From Pseudobdellovibrionaceae bacterium (GTDB lineage: Bacteria; Pseudomonadota; Alphaproteobacteria; Micavibrionales; Micavibrionaceae), in assembly GCA_050251555.1 (NCBI GenBank), contig JBFWMN010000001.1, positions 26,806 through 90,805 on the forward strand: 64,000 bases of DNA, read 5' to 3'. Numbering within the stretch: position 1 is the stretch's first letter; every line of letters begins with the position of its first letter. Positions 17,715 to 27,568 of the stretch are shown in pieces. A program made the position numbers and the translations under genes. The notes below the pieces were generated by a model. It ran no database searches and was not told where the DNA came from. It saw nothing but the letters and a program-made list of their open reading frames with translations.

Positions 17715-20700
17715 ATGACTTGGACAATTAATCCTGATGATCTCGACGATAATGTTGAAAAACTTTTTGTATGGCCTGAGTATGGGTTGTTTTCGTGGAC
17801 AGGTCAGCTTGGTGCTACAGCAAATGTAACTTTTACGCTTAATCCCAGTTCCCTCCACCCCGGCTCATCAGGCCAACCCACATCTTCTGTTTCTTGGGGG
17901 GATGCAGGTCAAACAGCGGCGTTTGCAGATGACATATCAGATGTTTTGAAATTGATCTCGAATGTAGCAAATATCAACTTCACATACTCTACATCTGCTT
18001 CAGTCAACGATATAGCTTTTGCTCTTGCGGATAAAGATACGTTTATATACACAGACACTGAAGACAATGAATATCCCATAGCAGGTCACGCATATACCCC
18101 AACCCCTTATTCCAACCAAACGACGGGGTATGCAGATATATATTTTTCTGATTATTATGATGATTTTAGTGTAGGCTCTAGAGGCAGCTCAACCTTGCTT
18201 CATGAGGTTTTACACGCCTTAGGAATAAGCCACCCTAACGGTGTTCCTGATGATGACGATTTCAACAAAATAAGCACGGTCATGAGCGATGTGCCCTCCG
18301 GTATAGCTGATCCCAACTTGGTAACAGATGAATTTCGTTCCGATAACAGTTACGCGCCAGCTACCCTTATGCCCTATGATATTGCGGCGCTGCAATATTT
18401 GTATGGTGTCAACAACACATATAATGCAAATGATAATGTCTACATATTCCATCAAAACGGAACGATTTCTATTTCAAATCCTCAAAATTCTGAAGCAACA
18501 ATTGTCGGTAATCTGGTTGCAATTTGGGATGCTGGTGGTGACAATGATGAATATAAGCTGGATGCCACTATAATAGCGGACTCAAGAATAGATTTGAGAG
18601 CAGGCGCTGTTGCAGAAGAGGATCAGTATTATAAAGATCACACGAATATGAAGGTTTATGCTTCTCATATTGCATTCTCCGATGGAACCTCTCTTACGGT
18701 GGCTAATTCACTACCCGTGAGTGGCGTTGACCCACTCATTGAAAATGCAACGGGAGCACAAGGCAAAGACACTATCATTGGAAATGATAAGGCAAACATC
18801 CTTAAAGGTGAGGGTGGGGGCGATACCCTTGTTGGTGGTGCTGGCGTAGATACTTTATTCGGTGGAGCAGGTAACGATACGTTTATAGCTCATGTTGGGG
18901 TTTCAGGTCTTGACGGTGATTCCTATTATGGAGGTGACGAAAATTCTAGGGGGGAAGCTGATGGCATTGATACGGTTGATTATAGTGCAATAGACTCTGA
19001 TGCCTATGGCATAGCCAAAGTAAATATAGGTACAGGCGAGGACGTTGTCTGGTTTTACAAAAAAGATTTTTTATCGGATGGCAGCCTTGTATTTGGAGCA
19101 AAAGATTATCTCTACTCGATTGAAAATATTGTTTTTGGCGGAGATGTTATTTCTCTGGTAAATGGAACAGATGGAAATGACACACTGAATGATACAGATT
19201 ACTATATTTTAGAGATTCTATACGGTGGGCTGGGTGACGATGACATAAGCTTAGGCTACAATGATATCGCAGATGGTGGGGATGATAATGATACTTTCCA
19301 TACTTCCTTAGATTCATTAGCTGTATCTGGATATGGCGAAGCACAAATTCTTGGCGGGTCAGGGACCGACACTTTGGATTTGGTTATTGATAGCTCTTAC
19401 AGTACCTCAAATGCAGCTAAGTCAGAAAACGTATTTATTTCAAAAAGCCAAGGTGTGATCTCTGTCAGTGGTGCTTACACTTTAGTGCAAGCAAAAGACG
19501 TGGAAACCATCACTTTTACTGCAAGCGATACCAGATACAAGTCTCCGTTGTTACTGGCTAATCAGTTTGGCAGCGGCAATCTAAACTACGGAGATATCAC
19601 GAGCGGCACCATCAACGGTTTCACGGGGTTAAACCGTCTGGATTACTCATCTTCGTCCAGCGGAATGACGTATTCATCTACCCTGTCCGGATCTCACACT
19701 ATACTGACAAACAGCCTGTCTCAATCGGCTGTCAATGTAACAGAACTGTATGGCACCAACAAAGGTGACTACATCACTTTGCAAGACAGTACAAACACTC
19801 GCGTGTATCTGGGAACGGGTGATGACACGCTGATTTTAAATAATGCAAGTACATCTTATGGGTATGTCGTCGGGTACAGCGGTGGCGATGATCTTATCCA
19901 GTCCACCGGCTATTCTTACGGGGCAAGTCTTATTATTCAAGTCGATAAAAATATCACACTTTCGGACTTAGTTAGTATTACGCCAGAGTCAGGCGTTAAT
20001 TATAACGACCCGTTTGAAGTCGTTTTTGATTTCGGCAGCAAAGGTTCTCTGACCATCTCTGCATTTACAAAGAACTCGACCTTATCCATTAACGATCCAG
20101 CTAATGACAGAGAAGCCTACCTTAAATTCAATTACGGATACAACAACACTACTGAACTATACGACCCATTTCTAACCACCTCATATACAGCCTATTCCAC
20201 TTCAAAAGAGTTTACATTCAGAGGGACGTGGGATGATGACGTCATTCACGGCACATCTGCAAGAGACTCAATTTGGGCTCTTGGTGGTAACGATACCGTT
20301 TATGGTAGCGACAATGACGATTACATCTATGGCGGCGATGGCAATGATATCCTAGTCGGCGAAGAAGGAACCGACCATATTTATGGTGGTGCGGGAGGTG
20401 ACACAATCTACGCTGAAGATCAGAGCACAACACCAACGACAATTTCTTTTAACTGGCTATACGCAGGTGATGGTGATGACACTGTTTACGGCAGTCAGGG
20501 AGGCGATTATGTGGAAGGTGGTAATGGCGATGATGTCATATATGTCTTCGGCGGCTCTAATACAGTCTACGCTGGTAACGGCAATGATATTCTTCAAGGC
20601 GCTTTTAATGAAGTTTATGGCGGCGACGGTGATGATACCATCACAGCAGAGGGCAGCTCTTATTATGTTAACGGTGATTCTGGCAACGACATCATTCACA

Positions 20701-22652
20701 TTGTAGGCACTGCAGCATATGTCTATGGCGGCGACGGTGATGATGTCATATATGGGGCGGTCGATAATGAGGACTCCCGCATATATGGGGATGATGGGAA
20801 TGATATCATCTTTGGTCGCGGAGGAAATGACACCCTGTATGGTGGTAATGGGGATGATTTCTTGTATTCAAACACGGATAGCTCATTTGCATCTGACGCT
20901 GGGGATTTTGTTCTTCTATACGGAGAAGATGGCAATGACTTTATTCAAGGTGCAGATGGCGCTGATTATGCCTCCGGTGGCGCAGGTAGTGATATTCTCA
21001 AAGGCGGCAATGGCGGAGACACCCTATCAGGTGACGATGGAGACGATCAGCTATTTGGGGAAGATGGAAATGATAACATAAGCGGCGACGAGGGAGATGA
21101 TCTCTTATACGGCGGAGCAGGTAATGACACACTTGAAGGCGGTTTGGGTTACGACATTCTGATTGGTGGGGCTGGGAATGACACCTTATATGGCGGAAAT
21201 AGTGCAGCCATATGGAATAGTAACTTATTCGTTTTTGAGAGTGGCTTTGGTCATGATACTGTCGATGACTTTGTTACCTCGCTTGATAAGATTGATCTGA
21301 CCGATTTTTCATCAATTTCAGATGTATCGCAATTGGATATTTATGTCTTCACCAACTCTTATGGATCGACAACGACGATTACCATAAGCGCGACGGAAAT
21401 TATCACTTTGTCGCATGAGCTGCGCTACGATAACATCTACACTCTAACAAACGATAATTTCATTTTTGCGCATCCGAGTACTGACTACGGTAACTCCAGC
21501 GATGACCTATTGATGGGCACATCGGGTGCCGATACACTCGATGGTCGTGCTGGGAATGATACTTTGGAGGGCCTTGGCGGGAATGACATTCTCACGGGTG
21601 GGGTAGGTTCTGACGTCTTTATCTACTCGGGTAGCTTTGGTAATGACACCATAACGGACTTCGAACTCAATATTGATAAGATTGATCTTTCTCAGATACA
21701 AGCCGTTGCCGGCTATAGCAACCTGATACTCTCTCAAGTTGGGTCTGATACTTTAATTAGCTTCTCAGGAACTTCAGACTCGATCCTTTTGGAGGGTATT
21801 AATAGATACAGTTTAAACAGTTCTCAGTTTAAATTCGGTACTTACGGCACTTCTGGCAATGATTATATCGAAGGCACGTCTGGTGATGACTCAATCTTTG
21901 GCCTTGGGGGCAGCGATGAAATCTATGGCCTTGGTGGAAATGACCGCGTTGAAGGTGGTGACCAGAATGACTGGGTTTACGGAGGCACTGGCAATGACAT
22001 TGTGAAAGGCAATGCCGGAAATGATGTTGTTGCAGGTGATGATGGAAATGACACCCTCTATGGGGGCATCGGACAAGATTACCTCTGGGGTAATAAAGGT
22101 AATGACACGCTCTATGGTGAAGCGGATATTGATGCTCTCAGAGGCATGGAAGGTGATGACATTCTATACGGTGGAGAGGGGAACGACAATTTGCGCGGCG
22201 ATGATGTTGACTCTCTTTCCAACTTTGCGGGTGCCGGTAACGACATCCTGTATGGCGGCGCGGGCAATGATAACCTCGAAGGCGGGGCAGGCGACGATAT
22301 CCTTGTCGGCGGCACTGGTGCAGATATTATGAACGGAAGCGCAGGTTCGGATACGTTCTACTATGAAGCTGCGGATATTGATGGTTCACGGGATGCAATA
22401 TATGGTTTTCAGGCTGGTATAGGTGGGGACATCATCGATATATCCGATGTTCTGCAATATGACAGCGCAACGGATAATCTGTCAGACTTCGTATTTCTTG
22501 TTCAAGGTGGCAGCTACACACGGATCAATATTGACATTGATGGTACGGGTACAAATTACAGTTCTCAGTCACTGGCACAACTTCAGGGCGTGACGGGCCT
22601 TAATCTTACTGACATGGTCAATAGCGGTAATCTGGTTGTTGAGGCGGCCTAA
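17715..22652 (+). CDS. Giant serralysin-family (M10B) zinc metalloprotease with multiple RTX Ca-binding repeat blocks and a type I secretion C-terminal domain
   Basis: 1645 aa. Metzincin motif HEVLHALGISHP with the Met-turn candidate STVMSD. Serralysin-type motifs LMPYDIAALQYLYGVN and AIWDAGGDNDEY. There are dozens of GGxGxDxUx nonapeptides in four blocks. The C-terminal GDIIDISDVL...FVFLV...TRINIDIDGTG...LAQLQGV...LVVEAA resembles the VC_A0849-type T1SS target domain. Confidence 0.9.
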   Translation: MTWTINPDDLDDNVEKLFVWPEYGLFSWTGQLGATANVTFTLNPSSLHPGSSGQPTSSVSWGDAGQTAAFADDISDVLKLISNVANINFTYSTSASVNDIAFALADKDTFIYTDTEDNEYPIAGHAYTPTPYSNQTTGYADIYFSDYYDDFSVGSRGSSTLLHEVLHALGISHPNGVPDDDDFNKISTVMSDVPSGIADPNLVTDEFRSDNSYAPATLMPYDIAALQYLYGVNNTYNANDNVYIFHQNGTISISNPQNSEATIVGNLVAIWDAGGDNDEYKLDATIIADSRIDLRAGAVAEEDQYYKDHTNMKVYASHIAFSDGTSLTVANSLPVSGVDPLIENATGAQGKDTIIGNDKANILKGEGGGDTLVGGAGVDTLFGGAGNDTFIAHVGVSGLDGDSYYGGDENSRGEADGIDTVDYSAIDSDAYGIAKVNIGTGEDVVWFYKKDFLSDGSLVFGAKDYLYSIENIVFGGDVISLVNGTDGNDTLNDTDYYILEILYGGLGDDDISLGYNDIADGGDDNDTFHTSLDSLAVSGYGEAQILGGSGTDTLDLVIDSSYSTSNAAKSENVFISKSQGVISVSGAYTLVQAKDVETITFTASDTRYKSPLLLANQFGSGNLNYGDITSGTINGFTGLNRLDYSSSSSGMTYSSTLSGSHTILTNSLSQSAVNVTELYGTNKGDYITLQDSTNTRVYLGTGDDTLILNNASTSYGYVVGYSGGDDLIQSTGYSYGASLIIQVDKNITLSDLVSITPESGVNYNDPFEVVFDFGSKGSLTISAFTKNSTLSINDPANDREAYLKFNYGYNNTTELYDPFLTTSYTAYSTSKEFTFRGTWDDDVIHGTSARDSIWALGGNDTVYGSDNDDYIYGGDGNDILVGEEGTDHIYGGAGGDTIYAEDQSTTPTTISFNWLYAGDGDDTVYGSQGGDYVEGGNGDDVIYVFGGSNTVYAGNGNDILQGAFNEVYGGDGDDTITAEGSSYYVNGDSGNDIIHIVGTAAYVYGGDGDDVIYGAVDNEDSRIYGDDGNDIIFGRGGNDTLYGGNGDDFLYSNTDSSFASDAGDFVLLYGEDGNDFIQGADGADYASGGAGSDILKGGNGGDTLSGDDGDDQLFGEDGNDNISGDEGDDLLYGGAGNDTLEGGLGYDILIGGAGNDTLYGGNSAAIWNSNLFVFESGFGHDTVDDFVTSLDKIDLTDFSSISDVSQLDIYVFTNSYGSTTTITISATEIITLSHELRYDNIYTLTNDNFIFAHPSTDYGNSSDDLLMGTSGADTLDGRAGNDTLEGLGGNDILTGGVGSDVFIYSGSFGNDTITDFELNIDKIDLSQIQAVAGYSNLILSQVGSDTLISFSGTSDSILLEGINRYSLNSSQFKFGTYGTSGNDYIEGTSGDDSIFGLGGSDEIYGLGGNDRVEGGDQNDWVYGGTGNDIVKGNAGNDVVAGDDGNDTLYGGIGQDYLWGNKGNDTLYGEADIDALRGMEGDDILYGGEGNDNLRGDDVDSLSNFAGAGNDILYGGAGNDNLEGGAGDDILVGGTGADIMNGSAGSDTFYYEAADIDGSRDAIYGFQAGIGGDIIDISDVLQYDSATDNLSDFVFLVQGGSYTRINIDIDGTGTNYSSQSLAQLQGVTGLNLTDMVNSGNLVVEAA
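18201..18236 (+). other. Zinc-binding active-site motif HEVLHALGISHP (HEXXHXXGXXH)
   Basis: Read from the DNA: cat gag gtt tta cac gcc tta gga ata agc cac cct, in frame with 17715 (residue 163). Confidence 0.9.
20251..21200 (+). repeat. Main RTX nonapeptide repeat block (coding)
   Basis: Runs from GGNDTVYGSDNDDYIYGGDGNDILVGEEGTDHIYGGAGGDTIY to GGAGNDTLYGG. Smaller blocks lie at about 18748-18893 and about 21500-21640. Confidence 0.85.
21845..22362 (+). repeat. C-terminal RTX nonapeptide repeat block (coding)
   Basis: Runs from GTSGNDYIEGTSGDDSIFGLGGSDEIYGLGGNDRVEGG to GGTGADIMNGSAGSDTFYY. Confidence 0.85.
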
Positions 22653-22699
22653 AGACATAACTCCCTTCTTTGCAATGTTATCCCCCGTGATTGGCTGGC

Positions 22700-22723
22700 G
22701 GGGCAGGCTGCCCCCTTGTATTT
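22700..22723 (+). terminator. Weak candidate terminator after the RTX gene
   Basis: GGGGCA-GGC-TGCCCC followed by CTTGTATTT. The stem is short and the loop only 3 nt. Confidence 0.3.
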
Positions 22724-22794
22724 GCAAGGGAACGGGCTATAGTCGCCTGCAATGAATTCTGACACGTATAATTGATAAGGAAGACGATAAAGAG

Positions 22795-23154
22795 ATGTTT
22801 ATTTCCAAAGCCTTGGCTCAAACCGCAGAAGTGATCGAGGAAACAGCCGCAACGCCCGATGCCCCGAATGCCATGGAGGCCTTCATCATGAATATGGGCC
22901 TGATCGCTATTCTCGTTGTCCTGTTCTATGTCCTGATGATCCGCCCGCAGCAACGCCGCATGAAGGAACACCAGAAAATGCTGGGCGGTCTTGAAAAAGG
23001 CTCGACCATTGTCACGCAAGGCGGTGTAATCGGAAAAATCGAAAAGGTGCTGGATGACAATTCTCTGCTGATCAAATCCGGTAACACGGAAATGACAATC
23101 CTGCGCTCGGCGATCATGTCGACATTGGACGAAGCGACACCATCGAAAAAGTAA
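22795..23154 (+). CDS. yajC: Preprotein translocase subunit YajC
   Basis: 119 aa with a single TM, then MIRPQQRRMKEHQKML and GGVIGKI. Confidence 0.88.
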   Translation: MFISKALAQTAEVIEETAATPDAPNAMEAFIMNMGLIAILVVLFYVLMIRPQQRRMKEHQKMLGGLEKGSTIVTQGGVIGKIEKVLDDNSLLIKSGNTEMTILRSAIMSTLDEATPSKK

Positions 23155-23167
23155 GAAGTCTCACTCA

Positions 23168-24712
23168 ATGATCCATTTCTCCCGCTGGAAAACCATCCTG
23201 ATTTTGGGCCTGACTGCTCTGGCCTTCATTTTCGCGTTTCCCAATATCCTGCCTCAAGACACACGCGACCAAATGGCGGAAACCATGCCTGCTTGGGTTC
23301 CGACCTCTTCGGTTAATCTGGGGCTGGATCTGCAAGGTGGTTCGCACCTTCTTTTGCAGGTGGATATCGAGAGTGTGATCAAGGAACAATTGCAGGATAT
23401 GGTCGCACAGGTGCGTTCATCTTTGCGCGAAGATCATATCCGCTTTACCCGTCTGACACCTGACGGGAACGGTTTTGTCCTTACCCTTCAACAGGCAGGT
23501 GACATGGATGCCGCGAAAAAGGCCATCCGAGACCTCAGCACCGACTATTTTATTGATGAGACGGGTGAAACATCACTCAAAGCCAGTTTCTCGGATGCAG
23601 GGCTGCGTAAACTGAGAGAGGATACGGTATCGCAATCTATCGAGATTGTCCGTCGCCGTATTGATGAAACGGGCACGAATGAGCCTGTTATTACCAAGCA
23701 AGGCGATGACCGTATTGTTGTTCAGCTTCCGGGGCTTGGTTCTCCTGCACGTATTAAAGAGCTTTTGGGTAAAACCGCGAAGCTGACCTTCCACCTTGTC
23801 GATATGGATGGCGGTGTTGATACGACATCGTTGCCGATGCGTGAAAATCCCGAGCAGAAAATCTCGATCAAGCGTCGTCCCTCTATTACGGGTGAAATGC
23901 TGACCAATGCGGCGGCAACCTTCCAGCAAGGCCAGCCTGTTGTATCCTTTCGCCTGAACGGCACGGGAGCCAAACGCTTTTGTAAATTGACACGTGAGCA
24001 TACGAACGAGCCGTTTGCGATTGTTCTGGATGAGCAGGTTGTGTCTGCCCCCAATATCAATGAGCCGATTTGTGGCGGTCAGGCGATCATTTCAGGTCGC
24101 TTTACGGTTCAGGAAACAGCCGATACCGCACTTTTGTTACGCGCAGGGGCTTTGCCCGCACCTTTGAAAATTATCGAGGAACGCACTGTCGGGCCGACAT
24201 TGGGGCGTGACTCGGTTGAAGCAGGAAAAATCGCGGGGCTTGTGGCCTTAGGCGTGGTTCTTGTCTTCATGTTTCTGTCCTATGGACTGTTCGGCTTTTT
24301 TGCCGCGGTTGCCCTGGTTGTGAACATGATCATGATTTTTGCGATCCTCTCCATGCTGGGCGCGACCCTGACATTGCCGGGGATCGGCGGGATTATCCTG
24401 ACCATCGGTATGGCGGTGGATGCCAACGTGCTGATTTTCGAGCGTATCCGCGAAGAAATGCGTGAAGGCCGCACGGTTCTTTCTGCCATTGATGCGGGTT
24501 ACAAAAATGCGATGAGCACGATTGTGGATGCCAACATCACGACCCTGATTGCCGCAGTGTTCCTGTATTCCTTTGGTTCGGGGCCTGTGCGCGGGTTTGC
24601 CGTGACCCTGACAATCGGTATTGTGACCTCGATGTTCTCTGCCATTTGGCTGACACGTCTGATGGTTGCGACTTGGCTTGGCAAAAAACGCCCCTCAGAG
24701 CTTCATATTTAA
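23168..24712 (+). CDS. secD: Protein translocase subunit SecD
   Basis: 514 aa with a large periplasmic loop. Motifs LGLDLQGG and GMAVDANVLIFERIREE. Confidence 0.93.
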   Translation: MIHFSRWKTILILGLTALAFIFAFPNILPQDTRDQMAETMPAWVPTSSVNLGLDLQGGSHLLLQVDIESVIKEQLQDMVAQVRSSLREDHIRFTRLTPDGNGFVLTLQQAGDMDAAKKAIRDLSTDYFIDETGETSLKASFSDAGLRKLREDTVSQSIEIVRRRIDETGTNEPVITKQGDDRIVVQLPGLGSPARIKELLGKTAKLTFHLVDMDGGVDTTSLPMRENPEQKISIKRRPSITGEMLTNAAATFQQGQPVVSFRLNGTGAKRFCKLTREHTNEPFAIVLDEQVVSAPNINEPICGGQAIISGRFTVQETADTALLLRAGALPAPLKIIEERTVGPTLGRDSVEAGKIAGLVALGVVLVFMFLSYGLFGFFAAVALVVNMIMIFAILSMLGATLTLPGIGGIILTIGMAVDANVLIFERIREEMREGRTVLSAIDAGYKNAMSTIVDANITTLIAAVFLYSFGSGPVRGFAVTLTIGIVTSMFSAIWLTRLMVATWLGKKRPSELHI

Positions 24713-24726
24713 GAGAGTTGAACAAG

Positions 24727-25653
24727 ATGAAAACACTCAAACTCGTCCCTCAGGAAACCAATGTCGATTTTATGCGCATGCGCTTTATCGGCTATATCGT
24801 ATCCGCTCTTGTGATTTTCGGTTCATTTGCGCTGCTGGGTGTCAAAGGGCTTAATCTGGGCGTCGATTTCACGGGTGGAACGCTCATTGAAATTCAGGTG
24901 CAAAAAGCGCCTAACATACCTGAGCTGCGCACACATCTTGATGCGCTTGATCTGGGCGATATTTCACTTCAGGAATTCGGTGCGCCGAATGATCTGTTGC
25001 TGCGTCTTGGTCAACAGCCAGGCGGTGAAGATGAGCAAAAAGCAGCGATTGAAAAAGTGCGCACCTCCATCGACAAATTCTTTGCTGATCAAACCGTAGA
25101 TTACCGCCGCGTCGAATATGTCGGGCCGCAGGTCGGGGAAGAGCTGAAACGCGCAGGCTTGTTGGCTTTCGTCCTCTCAATGCTCGGGATCATGGCCTAT
25201 ATGTGGTATCGCTTTGAATGGCAGTTCGGCGTGGGTGCCGTGTTGGCTCTGTTCCACGATTCCATCGGCGTTTTGGGATATTTTGCCCTGACGGGTAAGG
25301 CGTTTGACTTGTCTACTCTGGCAGCAGTGATGCTGGTTGCGGGTTACTCGATCAACGATACGGTGGTGGTATATGACCGTATCCGCGAGAATTTGCGTAA
25401 ATTCAAGAAGATGCCCTTTAAGGATCTGTTCAACCTTTCGGTCAATCAGATGCTGTCACGCTCGATTATGACGTCGCTGACAACCGTGATAGTGCTGGTC
25501 GTGTTGTGGTTGCTGGGTGGCGAAGTGATCCGTTCTTTTGCTGAAGCCCTGATCTTCGGTATCTTCTTGGGAACATTCTCATCCATTTACGTGGCGGCAC
25601 CAATCCTTGAGTTGCTGCGCCTTCCACGTGGTTCATCCCGCGACGACGGTTAA
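24727..25653 (+). CDS. secF: Protein translocase subunit SecF
   Basis: Track ORF 24646..25653, with the start moved to MKTLKLVPQ (ATG 24727). Motifs GVDFTGGT and GYSINDTVVVYDRIREN. Confidence 0.92.
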   Translation: MKTLKLVPQETNVDFMRMRFIGYIVSALVIFGSFALLGVKGLNLGVDFTGGTLIEIQVQKAPNIPELRTHLDALDLGDISLQEFGAPNDLLLRLGQQPGGEDEQKAAIEKVRTSIDKFFADQTVDYRRVEYVGPQVGEELKRAGLLAFVLSMLGIMAYMWYRFEWQFGVGAVLALFHDSIGVLGYFALTGKAFDLSTLAAVMLVAGYSINDTVVVYDRIRENLRKFKKMPFKDLFNLSVNQMLSRSIMTSLTTVIVLVVLWLLGGEVIRSFAEALIFGIFLGTFSSIYVAAPILELLRLPRGSSRDDG

Positions 25654-25669
25654 GGTCAAGGACTCAATT

Positions 25670-26041
25670 ATGGATGTCACTCCACTTATCCGTTCCGACC
25701 AGCAGGTCATTCAGGCTTATGCGGGTGAAACATTCAAAGTGAGTGGCAAGACATATCAAGGTGCCATTCTGGTGCGCCCTGATGCCACAACTGCATGGGA
25801 TGCGCCTGCGTTCGAAGATCTTCAACCACAAGATTTCACATTTTCTGAAAAAGACAGGCCCGATGTTATTTTGCTGGGGGTCGGGAAACTCAGCCGCTTT
25901 TTAACGCGTGAGCAAAAGCAGGCTTTTGCGTCTGCGGGCATTCACATTGAGGTGATGGATACGGGGGCGGCGTGTCGCACGTATAATGTGCTGATGGCAG
26001 AAGGTCGCCTTGTTGCGGCGGCCTTATATCCTTATCTTTAA
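25670..26041 (+). CDS. Mth938/DUF498 domain protein (NDUFAF3-like)
   Basis: Track ORF 25607..26041, with the start moved to MDVTPLI (ATG 25670). Motifs IQAYAGETFKVSGKTYQGAILV, ILLGVG and IEVMDTGAACRTYNVL. Confidence 0.75.
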   Translation: MDVTPLIRSDQQVIQAYAGETFKVSGKTYQGAILVRPDATTAWDAPAFEDLQPQDFTFSEKDRPDVILLGVGKLSRFLTREQKQAFASAGIHIEVMDTGAACRTYNVLMAEGRLVAAALYPYL

Positions 26042-26056
26042 GCTTAAGCCTGAGCT

Positions 26057-26677
26057 TTAAGCAGCGGCCTTGATCGGGCCTTTATTCATCAATTCTGCGA
26101 CATGTTCCCAATTGATCAGCGTATCAAAGAAGGCTTCCGTGTATTTGGGGCGCAGGTTGCGGTAATCAATATAGTAGGCGTGTTCCCAGACATCACAGGT
26201 CAGAAGCGGTGTTTTGCCGTCTGTGAGCGGGCAACCCGCATTTGAGGTCGAGGAGACTTCGAGTTTGCCTGTTGCGTTATCCATCGTCAGCCATGACCAG
26301 CCTGAACCGAATTGGGTTTGTCCGGCCTTCAAGAAGGTGTCACGGAAGGCATCATAGCCGCCCAGATCTTCAGAAATTTTCTTTTCCAGTTCGGATGGCA
26401 TGGATTTCCCGCCGCCATTCGGTTTCATCGAATTCCAAAAGAGTGTGTGGTTGTATACCTGACCGAGTTGGTTGAAGAGGCCGTTATTGCCTTCCTTATG
26501 CGCTTTGACAATTGCGGCTTCCAGCTCGTCATCCGAAATGGAATTGTTGGACAGCTCGTTACCCTTCACAACATAGGCGTTATGGTGCTTGTCATGGTGA
26601 AACTCCAATGTTTCGCCTGACATATAAGGGTCAAGCGCATCGTAGGCGTAAGGTAGGGGGGGAAGCGTTAAAGCCAT
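26057..26677 (-). CDS. sodB: Iron superoxide dismutase
   Basis: 206 aa. Motifs FHHDKHHNAYV and DVWEHAYYIDYRNLRP. The IDYRN form matches the Fe type rather than the Mn type. Confidence 0.9.
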   Translation of the reverse strand: MALTLPPLPYAYDALDPYMSGETLEFHHDKHHNAYVVKGNELSNNSISDDELEAAIVKAHKEGNNGLFNQLGQVYNHTLFWNSMKPNGGGKSMPSELEKKISEDLGGYDAFRDTFLKAGQTQFGSGWSWLTMDNATGKLEVSSTSNAGCPLTDGKTPLLTCDVWEHAYYIDYRNLRPKYTEAFFDTLINWEHVAELMNKGPIKAAA

Positions 26678-26764
26678 GGGGTCACTCCTCGTATTCTCTC
26701 GTTTATTTTAAAATCGAACCATCTTAGCGGTTGACTAAGTGTGAAGCTAGCGTGAAAGTTCCGA

Positions 26765-27568
26765 ATGTCTATGGAAGATCGTGAATTCGAAAAGCTTTTA
26801 AGAAAACACGACGCGGATCGGTTTCTCGTTTCGCTGTACGCACCACGCCCTTTGCAAGCTGATCTGTGGCCCCTTTATCTCTTCAACTATGAAATTGCCA
26901 AAACCCGCGAGGTAGTGACTGAAACACGACTTGGCCTCATCCGTCTGCAGTGGTGGCGCGAAGCTTTAGAGCCGGCCTTTACAGGCGGACAGCTACTTTC
27001 CCATGAGATTGTCGAGGCTGTGGGGGCGCTTATTCAAAAATATGATCTGCCGCAAAAACCGTTCGAAACCCTTCTATATGCTCGCGAATTTGATCTCGAA
27101 GACGTTCAGCCCGAAACTTTGGAAGGCCTCGTCAATTACGCCGATTTTACCAATACGCCGCTTTTGGAACTCACTCGTATCATTTGCGGGCTGGAAGGGG
27201 TGTCGGAGGAAGATTTACGACCGCTCGGGGTTGCTTATGGCCTGACGGGTCTGATGCGTGCGGTACTGGCACATGCCAAAGATAAGCGCATCCTTTTGCC
27301 GACCGATCTGTGTGAGGCACATCATGTCTCGCTTTCGCGCTATTACGAGGGACAGCCGCAAGACGGGATTTGCGGGGTTTTGTTTGATATCGCGGGGGAG
27401 GCTGCACGCAATCTTGATATGCTGGACGGGAAAAGTCTGCCGCATCCATTTCGGGCACAGGCCAAGCTCGTGCGCCTCTATTTGAATATGATGCGCAAAA
27501 GCGGCTATGACCCGTTTGACAGTAAGTATTACAAAGAGCCAGCCTTAAAAGCCTTGCGCTTGCTTTAG
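26765..27568 (+). CDS. Squalene/phytoene synthase-fold family protein (NDUFAF6-like)
   Basis: 267 aa. [21 protein letters not shown] and YCxxTAGxL-like regions typical of the short alphaproteobacterial members. Assigned by recognition only. Confidence 0.6.
   Translation: MSMEDREFEKLLRKHDADRFLVSLYAPRPLQADLWPLYLFNYEIAKTREVVTETRLGLIRLQWWREALEPAFTGGQLLSHEIVEAVGALIQKYDLPQKPFETLLYAREFDLEDVQPETLEGLVNYADFTNTPLLELTRIICGLEGVSEEDLRPLGVAYGLTGLMRAVLAHAKDKRILLPTDLCEAHHVSLSRYYEGQPQDGICGVLFDIAGEAARNLDMLDGKSLPHPFRAQAKLVRLYLNMMRKSGYDPFDSKYYKEPALKALRLL

Noticed and set aside
20251-22362. Highly repetitive DNA that could be mistaken for a CRISPR or tandem-repeat array.
   Set aside because: The periodicity is the 27-nt RTX nonapeptide coding repeat inside one long open reading frame. 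There are no unique spacers and no cas genes.
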